From positions 32,001-96,000 of the forward strand of contig JAZJZK010000007.1 in assembly GCA_040389905.1 (NCBI GenBank): DNA of 64,000 bases, written 5' to 3'. Position numbers and translations under genes: made by a program. Of the stretch, positions 40,979-51,465 are shown in pieces. Source of the stretch: Gemmatimonadota bacterium (GTDB lineage: Bacteria; Gemmatimonadota; Gemmatimonadetes; Gemmatimonadales; Gemmatimonadaceae). Every line of letters begins with the position of its first letter. Within the stretch, counting starts at the first letter, position 1. Under the pieces are notes generated by a model. It had not been told where the DNA came from. It did no database searches and saw only the letters and a program-made list of their open reading frames with translations.

Positions 40979-42667
40979 ATGCCGCTTTTGCGTAACACAT
41001 TCTTGACGCTGGCCCTGCTGGTCGCCGCCGGCGCCTGCAGCGGGGGTGGTGGCGTGGCCGCCCCGGCGCCCGCTCCCTCGCCGGCGCCCGCCCCACCGCC
41101 CGTGAGCGGAGCTGTTGCCAGCCGGCCCCACGAGGCAGCGCCGCCCCTGCCCGCCATTCCCCTGGTCGATGGCCCGCTTGCGATTCGCGTCGTCTACCCA
41201 TCCCCGAATCAGACCATCACCTCGCGCGACTCGAATTTCATCTTCGGGTCGGTGGGCAGTGGCCGCGCCTCATTGACCATCAACGGCGTCCCGGTGCCGG
41301 TCTATCCGAACGGCGCCTTCACCGCCTATCTCGCCAATCCATCGGCCACCGCACCGAAATACGACATCGTCGCCTCCCGTGGTACCGATTCCGTGTCGCA
41401 CACGCTGAACATCCGGTACCCCGTCGTGGCCGCGCGCCCCGCCGTGGTGCCTCCCGCGACAAAGCCGGAAAACCTGCCAACCTCCCGTGCCGACACGATC
41501 GCCGCGCTGAATTCGCGAATCGACTCACTGCGGACGCAGCTCTCACGCAACGATCCCATTGGCATCGCGCAACTCGGCCAGCCTGCCGCCGCCGACTCGG
41601 ATATCACGATCTATGGCAAGCCGATCGTCGCCGGCACGTACAAATGGTTCTTCACACCAGGCACGCTCGTACCCGTCGTCGGCCGAGTCCCCGGCGCCGT
41701 GCGCGTTCGCCTCGACGACCAGCTCGATGTCTTCGTCGATTCCGCCGACGCACGCGACGCCCCCGCGGGCGCCACGCTCCCACGGCGCACGCTGTCCAAC
41801 ATGCGCGTTCGCGCCACCTCCACTGGCGCCGATGTCATCATGCCCATCGGGGCCAAGGCGCCTTATTTCGTCGAGGAGGGCGACCGCAGCATCTCGGTAA
41901 CGCTCTATGGCGTGCGGGGCAACACGGACATCATCAACTATGCGTCCGACGATTCACTCGTGCGCACGGTCGAATGGTCGCAGCTCGGCAGCGAGCGCAC
42001 GCGCGTCACGGTGAATCTGCACAACGCGCCCTACGGCTATCTCGTGCTGTGGGAAAACAATTCCCTCGTGCTCAAACTGCGCGGCCGGCCCGCCATCGTC
42101 TCGGCGCGTCCGCTTGCCGGTCTCACCATCGCCGTCGATCCCGGCCACCCGCCGATTGGCGCCACAGGGCCAACAGGACTCTACGAAGGCAACGCCACCC
42201 TGATGATCGGCCAACGCGTGCAGCGCATGCTCGAGGAGCGCGGCGCCACGGTCATCATGACGCGCACGACGGAAGCGCCCGTCGCGCTGGGCGATCGCCC
42301 CATCATTGCGCGGCGCGCGAATGCGCATGCCTTCGTGTCGATTCACCTGAATGCCTATCCCGACGGCGTGAATCCATTCGTCAACAACGGAACGGGAACG
42401 TACTTCTTCCGCACGCACAGCGAACCGCTCGCGCGAGAAGTCCAGCGCACCCTGGTCGCGCAGCTGGGCCTCCGGGACCTCGGCGTCAACTACGACAACC
42501 TCGCGGTGGTTCGTAGCACATGGTATCCAGCGGTGCTCTGCGAAGGCGCATTTCTGATGATCCCCGAGCAGGAGGCCGCCTTGCGGACGCCGGAGTTCCA
42601 GGATCGGTATGCGCGGGGCGTGGTGGATGGGCTGGAGAACTACTTCCGTAATCTCGCCAATCGATAA
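40979..42667 (+). CDS. N-acetylmuramoyl-L-alanine amidase (Amidase_3) lipoprotein
   Basis: AGAC lipobox; IAVDPGH, FVSIHLNA, PAVLCEG; ATG at 40979. Confidence 0.9.
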   Translation: MPLLRNTFLTLALLVAAGACSGGGGVAAPAPAPSPAPAPPPVSGAVASRPHEAAPPLPAIPLVDGPLAIRVVYPSPNQTITSRDSNFIFGSVGSGRASLTINGVPVPVYPNGAFTAYLANPSATAPKYDIVASRGTDSVSHTLNIRYPVVAARPAVVPPATKPENLPTSRADTIAALNSRIDSLRTQLSRNDPIGIAQLGQPAAADSDITIYGKPIVAGTYKWFFTPGTLVPVVGRVPGAVRVRLDDQLDVFVDSADARDAPAGATLPRRTLSNMRVRATSTGADVIMPIGAKAPYFVEEGDRSISVTLYGVRGNTDIINYASDDSLVRTVEWSQLGSERTRVTVNLHNAPYGYLVLWENNSLVLKLRGRPAIVSARPLAGLTIAVDPGHPPIGATGPTGLYEGNATLMIGQRVQRMLEERGATVIMTRTTEAPVALGDRPIIARRANAHAFVSIHLNAYPDGVNPFVNNGTGTYFFRTHSEPLAREVQRTLVAQLGLRDLGVNYDNLAVVRSTWYPAVLCEGAFLMIPEQEAALRTPEFQDRYARGVVDGLENYFRNLANR

Positions 42668-42699
42668 TCAGTGTTAGAGAAAGAGGAATATCATTTGAA

Positions 42700-42860
42700 C
42701 CGCAGAGGGCGCAGAGGCGCAGAGGAGCGCAGAGGACTGCACGCGCGTTTTGTTGCCCTGCGCCGCAGTTACGCTCGTTTTGTCGCCCTGAGCGCAGCGA
42801 AGGGCCTGCACCTCCCGCAGTCCTCTGCGAACCTCTGCTCCTCTGCGACCTCTGCGGTGA
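42700..42860. repeat. nested repeat: inverted family C arms enclosing family B copies
   Basis: ACCGCAGAGG...GCAGAGGACTGC and GCAGTCCTCTGC...CCTCTGCGGT flank TTTTGTCGCCCTGAGCGCAGCGAAGGGCCTGCAC. Confidence 0.85.
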
Positions 42861-45769
42861 GTCTGTTGCTGTTTTTGTTTTTCAGCACTGCCGCTGGTGC
42901 ACAGCCCGCCCCCTACCACCGCTACTATACCCTCGACACCAGGCACTTCCACGTCCACGTCCCGGCCGGCCTGGAACGCGAAGGCCGTGTCGCCGGCGCG
43001 TACGCTGAGCGAGCCTATGAACTACTCGCCAGAGAATTAGCCCCGCCGCGCGGCATGATCGAGCTCGTCGTCAGCGACGATGCCGACTACTCCAATGGCT
43101 TCGCCACGCCGCTCCCAAGCAATCGTATCGTCGTTTTTGCGACGCCGCCCGTTGAATCACCGTCGTTACGACTGAATGCGGACTGGCTCGAGATCGTCAT
43201 CACGCACGAGCTCACGCACATCTTCCATCTCGATCGTGCGCGCGGGCTGCCTGGATTTGCGCAACACATTTTTGGACGCGCGCCGTCCCTCTTTCCAAAC
43301 CTCCAGGGCCCGTCGTGGCTCACCGAGGGGTTGGCCGTCTACTATGAATCCCGCCTGACCGCTGGCGGGCGGCTGAATAGCTCCGAGCACCGTATGCTCG
43401 CTCGCGCCGCCGCCATCGAGAACAAGCTCCCGCGGCTCGGCGACCTCAGTCTCTCGTCACCATTGTTCCCCGGCGGCGAACGCGCGTACGGCTACGGCTC
43501 GTTGCTGGTCGAGTACATCGCGCGCACCCATGGCGACACCGGTGTAGCGAAGCTGATTGACGCGCAGAGCGGGCTCCTGATTCCGTATCGGCTCAACCAC
43601 GTTGCCCAAAAGGCCTTCGGCGTCGACTTCTCGACCGCGTTCGACGCGTGGAGCGACTCCGTTCGCGCCAGCGTGCGCCAGGGCAGCCCCAACATGACGT
43701 ACACGGAATGGCGCGAACTGACCAAGCATCCGTACTACGCCACGGATCCGCGTTGGATTAATGACTCCGTGCTCGTATACGCCGGAAACGATGGACGCTC
43801 CACCCAGGCCGCGTACTCGCTCCGGCTCGACGGCGGCCGCGAACGTCTCGGACGACGAAACTCACTCGGCGCCAGCGTCCCGCTTCCTGATGGCAGCTTC
43901 ATCTTCTCGCAGCTCGAGCTCGTGTCGCCGAGTGAAGTGCGCTCGGATTTGTACGTCGAGAAGAACGGCAAGCAGCACAGAATCACGAAAGGAATGCGCC
44001 TCGTGCAGCCCGACGCGCGCCGCGATGGAACCATCATCGCAGTACAGCTCGCGCCAACGCGTGCGAGTCTGCTCCTCATCGATTCCACATTCACGCACCA
44101 TCGACTGCTGCGGGATGCTGGGCCCGACGAAACGTGGAGCGAACCGCGCTGGTCACCCGATGGGCGATACGTCGCCGCCATTCATCGCGTGCACGGTGGC
44201 GAGTTCACACTCGAGGTGATCGACATCCAGACGAACGCCGCGGACGTGCTCGACGTCAGCCGCGCCATTCTCGCTGCGCCGAGCTGGGCGCCGAGCGGAG
44301 GGAGCGTCGTGTACACCAGCGAAGCGTCTGGCGTGCCGACCCTTACCGTCGTCCGCCGCGACCTGATGCAGCGTCGTCAGGGTGATCAGGGCGGCGGAAC
44401 GGGCGCGTATGCCGGCGAGATAGCACCGAGTGCGCAGGTGATTGCCGGCGTGCATCTGCGTGCCGACGGCTTTCACGTTGGGGTGATGCCTGCCTCCAGC
44501 GCTGCCACTGGCGCCGTCAGCCCCCTGAGCGAAGCGAAGGGCCTTCAATTGGCCCAAGCTCAAGACAGCCAACCCCTCGCCGCCGGCGATTACCGCAAAT
44601 ACTCCGCGTGGGGCACTGTCCTGCCCACGTACTGGCACCCGCTCATCGAAGCCGCCCCGAACCGCGGCACTCGCCTCGGCTTCGAGACGAGCGGTCACGA
44701 TGCCATTTACCGGCATCTTTGGGACGGCTTCCTCGCCGTTCCGACTACCGGCTCATATCCGACGGGCCGCTTCACATATCGCTACGCCGGCTTCAGGAAG
44801 CCGTACATCGATCTCCAGCTTTCGCAGGACTACACGTCGGATTTCACCTTCCAGAATGGCGGCACGGGCGAGATACTTGGCGCCTTGTTACGCCGGTCCC
44901 AGAACGCGTCGCTCGGTGCAACGTTCGTGCGGCCACGCGTGCGGACCTACTCGTCCTTCTCCTTCGGCGGCAATCTCGAGCGACGAAGTTTCCGCGCTGA
45001 TCCGGGCGAATTCCTCAAGCAGCTCGACACCGCGTACGCCCGCGACTACAACTTTCCAAGCGCGTTCCTCAGCGGCTCGTGGTCGAACACGCAGCGGCCG
45101 TCGCTCTCCATCTCCGCGGAAGACGGCGTGAGTCTCTCGTTCACGGTGCGCGAACGTGCGCGCGCGGACATCGCGAAGAACACGCGCTCGACGAGCGTCG
45201 TGGGCGCGACGTCGATGTATAAGAGCCTCGACCTGCCTGGCTTTGCGCATCATGTGCTGGCGCTGCGCGTCGCGGGCGGCATTGCCGATCGCCGGGCGGC
45301 CTCGTCGTTCCAGGTGGGCGGCGTCAGCAGCGGAACGATTCAATTCGCGTCGAACTACACGCTCGGCGAAGGACGTCGCACCTTCGGCGTGCGCGGCTTC
45401 TCGCCGGCGAGCGTCTTCGGCACTCGCGCGGCGAGCGGAACACTCGAGTATCGCGCACCGCTCTCGTTGGGTGGACGCGGCTTCGGAATGCTGCCGCTCT
45501 TTTACGATCGCGCGTTCTTCACCGCCTTCGCTGATGCCGGCGTCGCAACGTGCGCAGAGAATCCCCTCGTGCCGACAGTGTGCGCGCCCTCGCCACGTAT
45601 CGGTCGAACCATCGCGAGTGCGGGTGGGGAATTCATCCTCTCGGCGTCCGTGCTCGATTGGGACACGCCGCAGAGTATCCGGTTAGGGTTCGCGGTGCCG
45701 GTCGCCGGTCGTGCCGTTACCGGAGCGAGCCGCGTCAGCGTCTACCTCGCGTACGGCTTGTCCTTCTAG
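42857..45769 (+). CDS. outer-membrane protein: HExxH peptidase domain, TolB-like propeller, Omp85-like barrel
   Basis: ITHELTH...WLTEGLA; PRWSPDG and PSWAPSG repeats; VRGF; ends YGLSF; start GTG 42857 (or 42671). Confidence 0.8.
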   Translation: MSLLLFLFFSTAAGAQPAPYHRYYTLDTRHFHVHVPAGLEREGRVAGAYAERAYELLARELAPPRGMIELVVSDDADYSNGFATPLPSNRIVVFATPPVESPSLRLNADWLEIVITHELTHIFHLDRARGLPGFAQHIFGRAPSLFPNLQGPSWLTEGLAVYYESRLTAGGRLNSSEHRMLARAAAIENKLPRLGDLSLSSPLFPGGERAYGYGSLLVEYIARTHGDTGVAKLIDAQSGLLIPYRLNHVAQKAFGVDFSTAFDAWSDSVRASVRQGSPNMTYTEWRELTKHPYYATDPRWINDSVLVYAGNDGRSTQAAYSLRLDGGRERLGRRNSLGASVPLPDGSFIFSQLELVSPSEVRSDLYVEKNGKQHRITKGMRLVQPDARRDGTIIAVQLAPTRASLLLIDSTFTHHRLLRDAGPDETWSEPRWSPDGRYVAAIHRVHGGEFTLEVIDIQTNAADVLDVSRAILAAPSWAPSGGSVVYTSEASGVPTLTVVRRDLMQRRQGDQGGGTGAYAGEIAPSAQVIAGVHLRADGFHVGVMPASSAATGAVSPLSEAKGLQLAQAQDSQPLAAGDYRKYSAWGTVLPTYWHPLIEAAPNRGTRLGFETSGHDAIYRHLWDGFLAVPTTGSYPTGRFTYRYAGFRKPYIDLQLSQDYTSDFTFQNGGTGEILGALLRRSQNASLGATFVRPRVRTYSSFSFGGNLERRSFRADPGEFLKQLDTAYARDYNFPSAFLSGSWSNTQRPSLSISAEDGVSLSFTVRERARADIAKNTRSTSVVGATSMYKSLDLPGFAHHVLALRVAGGIADRRAASSFQVGGVSSGTIQFASNYTLGEGRRTFGVRGFSPASVFGTRAASGTLEYRAPLSLGGRGFGMLPLFYDRAFFTAFADAGVATCAENPLVPTVCAPSPRIGRTIASAGGEFILSASVLDWDTPQSIRLGFAVPVAGRAVTGASRVSVYLAYGLSF

Positions 45770-45780
45770 CAGAGACTTAT

Positions 45781-45894
45781 TGTCACCCCGAGCGAGCGCA
45801 GCGAGTCGAGCGGGTCTGCACTTCCGCTCGTTTTGTCGCCTGCCTGCCCTTGAGGAGCGCAAGCGACGAAGGGAGCGAAGCGAAGGGCCTGCAC
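45781..45894. repeat. composite REP family A plus B
   Basis: TGTCACCCCGAGCGAGCGCAGCGAGTCGAGCGGGTCTGCAC then GCTCGTTTTGTCGCC...GAGCGAAGCGAAGGGCCTGCAC. Confidence 0.85.
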
Positions 45895-45948
45895 CTCATG
45901 CGGAGTTCACGTCGTAACTCCAAAGCACCAACGCGCGTAGGTGAGTCC

Positions 45949-46770
45949 ATGCCTCACCTTCCCGCTCAGCGCAGTTGCCGCACCCTCGGCGCCACGATCA
46001 ACGAGTTCGTCCTGCCTCCGAACTGCCCCATTCCTGTCCACGAGCACGCGCCACCGCACATCCTCGTCATGCTCGACGGCGAACTCGCCGACGTCGAAGG
46101 CGCGACAGAAACCGTGTGCGCTCGAGGTTCGCTGCGCTACTCCCCCGGACGCGACCGGCACCACGTGCGCATCTCGTCGAATGGCGCACACTGCCTCGTG
46201 ATCGAAGCGGGCGGCTTCCCCGATCTCAGATTCCGGAACCGCATCTACGTCCCCGCTCGTGATTCGGCCGGCATGCGCGAATCGCTCGCCCGCTGGCTCT
46301 TTACGGAATCGTGCGCGTCACCAGCGCGCGTGGAGGATTGTGTGCTCGCGCTCTTCTGTCATATCCGTGACTTCGACCGCGGAGCACCATCGACGTCCAC
46401 GCCATGGCTCGACGACGTGCGCCGCATGCTCGACACCGTTGGCGCCTCGTCGACACCATTGGCCGACGCCGCCCGCATCGCCGACCGAAGCCCTGGCCTC
46501 GTCGCGCGAACGTTCCGCGCTGCGCACGCCGTGTCGATCCACCGGTACTATCGTCGCCGCCAGGTCGATCGCGCGTGGGACATGTTTACCTCCTCCACCA
46601 ACTCGCTCGGCGTCATTGCCAACGACTGTGGCTTCGCTGACCAGAGTCACATGACGCGCACCTTCGTCCGCGAGACCGGTGAGACCCCGTCTCGCCTGCG
46701 CGCACGCATGGCCGACGGCCTGCATAGGAATTGGTTTCTCGCCGCGCCGCTCGAGATCATCGGAACGTGA
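45949..46770 (+). CDS. AraC-family transcriptional regulator with a cupin domain
   Basis: PVHEH cupin; IANDCGFADQSHMTRTF...GETPS; ATG at 45949. Confidence 0.9.
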   Translation: MPHLPAQRSCRTLGATINEFVLPPNCPIPVHEHAPPHILVMLDGELADVEGATETVCARGSLRYSPGRDRHHVRISSNGAHCLVIEAGGFPDLRFRNRIYVPARDSAGMRESLARWLFTESCASPARVEDCVLALFCHIRDFDRGAPSTSTPWLDDVRRMLDTVGASSTPLADAARIADRSPGLVARTFRAAHAVSIHRYYRRRQVDRAWDMFTSSTNSLGVIANDCGFADQSHMTRTFVRETGETPSRLRARMADGLHRNWFLAAPLEIIGT

Positions 46771-46805
46771 CGTCTCGCAACGAGCCACTGGCTCAGTAAG
46801 AGCCA

Positions 46806-46918
46806 TTTACCGCAGAGGTCGCAGAGGAACGCAGAGGAGAACGGGAAGGCAAAAGCGGTTTTGTTTTCCTCTGCGTTCTCTGCGGCTGTTGCAGTTCCTC
46901 TGCGCCCTCTGCGGTAAA
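46806..46918. repeat. family C inverted pair between convergent genes
   Basis: TTTACCGCAGAGGTCGCAGAGGAAC...GTTCCTCTGCGCCCTCTGCGGTAAA. Confidence 0.85.
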
Positions 46919-46966
46919 ATGCTTTGCGATGCTTGTCATGCAGAGGAACCGTGGCGAGCACATCGA

Positions 46967-48082
46967 CTATCGTCTGATCCCCTGCCGCGCCGTCCACGCG
47001 AACACCGTATCCCACACCCCCGGCGCGAAGCTCGCCATCCTGTTCCCATTCGGCCCGCGCACCACAAACAGCCCATGGTTCGCCTCCGGGAACAACCGCC
47101 ACGTCACCTGGTTCGGCGTCGGCAACGAATCCAGCACCGCGATGCTCTTCGTCACCGGCAGGCTCGAATCCCACGCGCCGTAGAGCCACAGCGACGGACG
47201 CTCCATGTGCGCCAGATTCGCGCGCGGGTCAAATCCCTTGGGCGGCACCGCGAGCATGCGCCGGTCGAGCTCCTCGAAGGGAATCGGCGGCGGCTTTACG
47301 CCGAAGTGATCCGTGTTCTCATCGGTCCACCGGCTCCACACGCCTTCTTCGTGCGGCGACACCGCCGGGCCCGAGATGTTGATCGCGAATTGCGCGCGTG
47401 ACGTGCCGTCCAAGAGCGACGACATCACCCAGCCACCCTGGCTGATCGTGACGACGCCGATTCGCTTCGGGTCCACGCCGCGCAGTGCCGCGAGCGTTTC
47501 CAATGCGACGCTCGTCTCGTGCGCGCGGAGCGCCATCACTTTGCCGTCCTCGAGATCGTCGCCCCAATAGCGTCCGGCTGACCCACCAACGCCTCGCTTG
47601 TCCACGTTCAGCACCACGAAGCCATGTTCCGCGAATCGGCGCGCGAGAAAGTGATAGGCCCCACGCTTCGAATTGCCCGAACCGTGGACGATCACCACGC
47701 CCGGCCGAGCCTCCGCCGATGAGCCGCGGGGACGGTAGATCGTGGCGGAGCGTGGCGATCCGTCGACCATCACGTCGGTCGTCGTTCTCGAGTACGCGCT
47801 GAATTCGCGCCAGGAGGTGCCGATCACCGCGAGACCGATGAACGCGAGCACCGATGCATGTCCGATGCGCACCAATAGTGGCGGTGCCGCGTCGACCCAT
47901 CTCGAAACGCCGAACAGCGCAAGCGCGACGACTGAGAAGATGAGCTGCATCATGGGCACCGACCCACCAACGATGCCCGCGAAGAACTCGATCATGTCGT
48001 TCGGGCGAGCGAGCAGGAGCACCAACACCGCAAAGAACACCGACAGGAGCGCGGTTACCGCGCCGACAATTCGTTTCCACAT
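46967..48082 (-). CDS. membrane-anchored alpha/beta hydrolase
   Basis: Three N-terminal TM segments; VHGSG, DKRGVGGS, nucleophile elbow TISQGG, GAWD, ANH. Confidence 0.85.
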   Translation of the reverse strand: MWKRIVGAVTALLSVFFAVLVLLLARPNDMIEFFAGIVGGSVPMMQLIFSVVALALFGVSRWVDAAPPLLVRIGHASVLAFIGLAVIGTSWREFSAYSRTTTDVMVDGSPRSATIYRPRGSSAEARPGVVIVHGSGNSKRGAYHFLARRFAEHGFVVLNVDKRGVGGSAGRYWGDDLEDGKVMALRAHETSVALETLAALRGVDPKRIGVVTISQGGWVMSSLLDGTSRAQFAINISGPAVSPHEEGVWSRWTDENTDHFGVKPPPIPFEELDRRMLAVPPKGFDPRANLAHMERPSLWLYGAWDSSLPVTKSIAVLDSLPTPNQVTWRLFPEANHGLFVVRGPNGNRMASFAPGVWDTVFAWTARQGIRR

Positions 48083-48176
48083 GCGGCCACAATAGGATCG
48101 CATGTGGCGGTCGTCTTGCACGATTGCGCACCTGCCCGTGTGTCGCGAGCCCTATCTAGGCGTGTATCACTGTGGA

Positions 48177-48239
48177 TGTCATCCCGAGCGAAGTCGAGGG
48201 ATCTGCACTTTCAGTCTGGGTTTCGGGGTCGGGATGACA
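48177..48239. repeat. REP-like family A hairpin
   Basis: TGTCATCCCGAGCGAAGTCGAGGGATCTGCAC...TCGGGATGACA. Confidence 0.85.
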
Positions 48240-48272
48240 AGTGCTGCACTAACGCCAATTTGCGCAGCTGGT

Positions 48273-51200
48273 TCAGGGGTACAGGACAGCGGTTGGCGCG
48301 CTGCGCATGATCGTCGTCCCATCGCCCACTCCTCCAAATTCATTCTTTCCCCAGCAATACGCCGTGCCGCCCGTCGTCAGTCCGCACGCCGCCCTCTCGC
48401 CAACGCTCAGCATTGAAAACGTCAGGCTGCCGGCGACCGCAACCGGCGTCAATCGGGTAATCACGGTCGTTCCGTCTCCCACGACACCATCTTCGTTCGA
48501 TCCCCAGCAATAGGCGGCCGCCGACGTCGTGAGTCCGCACATGGTTTCCCAGCCTGCCGTGACGCTGGAAAAAACCAACGTGCCGGCGACCGCAGTTGGT
48601 ACGTTGTGCGCGGTAGTGGAGCCGTCACCGGTGCCGTATCCGGAGTTTCCTCCCCAGCAATACGCTTTCCCCGCCACCGTAAGTCCGCACGAAAGATTGA
48701 GCCCCGCCGCAACCTTCACGAATTGGTGGCCCCCAACGACAAGCTGTGGCGGGCTTGCGACCAGATTGCCAGAGGTGGAACCGTTCCCGATCTGTCCGTA
48801 GTAATTCAAGCCCCAGCAGTAGATGTCATTGCCGGTCGTGACCCCGCAGGTATGGACTCCCCCCACAGCCAGCACGGCGAACGTCCGGCCGCCTGGCACG
48901 AGGACGGGAATTCTGGAGTAAGACCCAACAGCGCTGCCCAACGCTCCAGAGGAATTGTTTCCCCAACAGTAGGCAGCCCCGGTTGTCGTCACCCCGCACG
49001 TGTGCCGACTCCCTCCCCCTGTCGAGAGACTCGTGAAGGTCAATCCGCCCGAGACGGCTTGCGGCACACTCTCGAGACCGGTTGTGGCGCCATTTCCTAC
49101 GCTCCCCAGGGTATTGTCACCCCAGCAGTAGGCAATACCACCCGACGTCAGTCCGCAGGTGTGTTGCATCCCGACCACGAGCGACACGATTGAATCTCCA
49201 TTGCTCACCTTTATTGGCGTGGGCCGCGTCTGCACCGTCGTCCCGTCGCCGAGTTGCCCCAGTTGACCTCCCCCCCAACAGTAGGTCCCGGCCGACGAAT
49301 GACTGCAGGAGTGAATGCCCGCCGCCACGCTCGACACGATCGGTGCGGCGTCGGTGAGCACCGCAAAGCCCGCTGAGGTGACCGGTGTCAGACCCGACGC
49401 GCTGAAGGTGAGCGCGACTGTTCCGCTCCCAGTGACCGCAAGGTTGGTGAATGATGCGACGCCACCTACGGCGTTCACGGTCGTTGTCCCCGAGAGGGTG
49501 CCGCTCCCGCTCGCGATCGACGCCGTCACGGCATTGCTCCCAGTGGTACCGTTACCAGCATTGTCGACGAGTTGAATGACGGGCTGGATCGAAAGCACAG
49601 TCCCGGTCACCGAGCCCCCCGGCTGACGCGACATCGCCAGTGCACTCGCCGGTCCCGCCACGATGAGCGTCGACGTCGCCGGCACCTTCGAAGGCGCAGA
49701 GAAACTGATGCGATGCGTGCCAACTCCAGTGACGGCCAGATTGGTGAACGTCGCGATTCCGCTCGAAGCAGTGGCCGTCAGCGTGCCAGAAAGCGTGCCC
49801 GATCCCAAATCGTATGCCGCGGTCACGACAGTGCTGTTGTCGCTCGTCACCACCTGACCCGCACCATCGACCACCTCGACGACCGGTTGCGTGGCGAATG
49901 GTGCGCCACTCGTTGCACCCGCCGGTTGTACGGAAACTCGAACTGCCGGTCCTGAGGTCCCAATCGCAAAGGCGTTGGATGTTACAGATGGCGTTCCAGG
50001 CGCCGAGAACACCAACTGATACTGACCCTCGGCCGTTATGCTGAGATCGGTGAATCGTGCAACGCCGTTGGCGACTTGCACGCTCTGCGTTCCCTGCAGG
50101 CTACCAGGCGCCGCGCCCGGTCCGCCCAACTTCGCGGCAGTGACGATCAGTCCGTTGATGTTCGTCGCCGTGTCGCCAGACGCGGTCTTGAAGACGAGCT
50201 CCGGCTGCACTGGCAATGCGACGTTCTTTGTTCCATTCACGAGTGGCGCGATCAGTACCATCGAGCCCCGCACCCTGAACGCCTTCGCAACCGACGGAGC
50301 GCCCGCGCCACTGCCCGCCGCAGCGAAGATCCCTGGGAGGCCCGGCAGAAGCGCCGTTACGACGCCGCTCGCCGAGACCGTTGCCGTCGTCGGATCATTC
50401 GTTGTGTACACGAAGGTGAGGCACGCGCTGATGTCGACGCCGTTCGCGTCCTTCGCAACGGGATCGAGCTGTGCCCGCTGACCAACTGCCAGATCGATGA
50501 GCTGCCCGCCCGGCGAGGGCTCCAGAAGTGGCGAGGGCAGGTATGAGTCACCGATCAACGCGTACACCCGCGGAATCGTGATCGTGGTGGCGACAGGCGT
50601 CACGGCAAGCGTCGTGTTCGTGCGCGCCGAGGCGCTCAGGCTCACGGAGAAGCGCGCGATCTGCTGCGCGTCCACGATGTTCACGACCCCGTCGTTCGTC
50701 ACGTCGCCCTGCGTTGCCACGGCCGCTGCATTCGAGACGCTCAAGCCAACGGTGGATCGCGCGAGCTGCTGCGCATCGATGATGTCCACCGCATTGTCGA
50801 TATTCACGTCGCCCCAGAGACCGCTCAGCGCAACGCACGCGTCCAGCTTTCGCACGCGCACGATCGACATGAGATTTGCGCCGACGTCACTGCCCGCGGC
50901 CGTCGGCAGGAGCGTGACGCTCGTCGCGCCGGTGGACGCGGTGAAATACACCGTCGCGACGGTAACCGTGCTGGTCGTTCCCGCCGCGTCGAACACCGAC
51001 AACGAGAGTTGGCCTGCCGATGCATTCGCGCTATTGAACGAGACCGATCCGAATGACCCGGCCTTCAATGAGTCGAAGGTGAGTCGCGTCGGGCTCCACG
51101 ACACCGTCGTCGTCAACGAGGCAAGATTGGTCCCTCCCGCGGCCGACATGTCGATCACGATGGGAACCGCGACGGTCGTATTCGGCGTCGCCGTGATCTG

Positions 51201-51311
51201 GCCGCCCGCTCCTGGGCGAATCGTGATGACGTTCTGTGCGCTGAGCACACGGCCGGCGAAGGCCAGCGCGGACGCGCAGATCGCGAGCGCGAGGCGGCGG
51301 CGAATTGACAT
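48273..51311 (-). CDS. secreted protein: cohesin-like, dockerin, Ig-like repeats, RCC1-like propeller
   Basis: Signal peptide; GDVNIDNAVDIIDA and GDVTNDGVVNIVDA; QP(V/E) repeats; repeated HTCG...AYCWG units. Confidence 0.85.
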   Translation of the reverse strand: MSIRRRLALAICASALAFAGRVLSAQNVITIRPGAGGQITATPNTTVAVPIVIDMSAAGGTNLASLTTTVSWSPTRLTFDSLKAGSFGSVSFNSANASAGQLSLSVFDAAGTTSTVTVATVYFTASTGATSVTLLPTAAGSDVGANLMSIVRVRKLDACVALSGLWGDVNIDNAVDIIDAQQLARSTVGLSVSNAAAVATQGDVTNDGVVNIVDAQQIARFSVSLSASARTNTTLAVTPVATTITIPRVYALIGDSYLPSPLLEPSPGGQLIDLAVGQRAQLDPVAKDANGVDISACLTFVYTTNDPTTATVSASGVVTALLPGLPGIFAAAGSGAGAPSVAKAFRVRGSMVLIAPLVNGTKNVALPVQPELVFKTASGDTATNINGLIVTAAKLGGPGAAPGSLQGTQSVQVANGVARFTDLSITAEGQYQLVFSAPGTPSVTSNAFAIGTSGPAVRVSVQPAGATSGAPFATQPVVEVVDGAGQVVTSDNSTVVTAAYDLGSGTLSGTLTATASSGIATFTNLAVTGVGTHRISFSAPSKVPATSTLIVAGPASALAMSRQPGGSVTGTVLSIQPVIQLVDNAGNGTTGSNAVTASIASGSGTLSGTTTVNAVGGVASFTNLAVTGSGTVALTFSASGLTPVTSAGFAVLTDAAPIVSSVAAGIHSCSHSSAGTYCWGGGQLGQLGDGTTVQTRPTPIKVSNGDSIVSLVVGMQHTCGLTSGGIAYCWGDNTLGSVGNGATTGLESVPQAVSGGLTFTSLSTGGGSRHTCGVTTTGAAYCWGNNSSGALGSAVGSYSRIPVLVPGGRTFAVLAVGGVHTCGVTTGNDIYCWGLNYYGQIGNGSTSGNLVASPPQLVVGGHQFVKVAAGLNLSCGLTVAGKAYCWGGNSGYGTGDGSTTAHNVPTAVAGTLVFSSVTAGWETMCGLTTSAAAYCWGSNEDGVVGDGTTVITRLTPVAVAGSLTFSMLSVGERAACGLTTGGTAYCWGKNEFGGVGDGTTIMRSAPTAVLYP

Positions 51312-51465
51312 GAGACCTCTGGTGGGTACATGTCGCCGACGACATCAGCGGCATATTGTTATTGACTGTTCAAATGTATACGAATTCAGGCGAAGGCGCA
51401 CGTCCGTACGGCAACATCAAGCGGGCTGATGCTCACGAATACAGCCTTGATGAAGCAGCCCAAGA

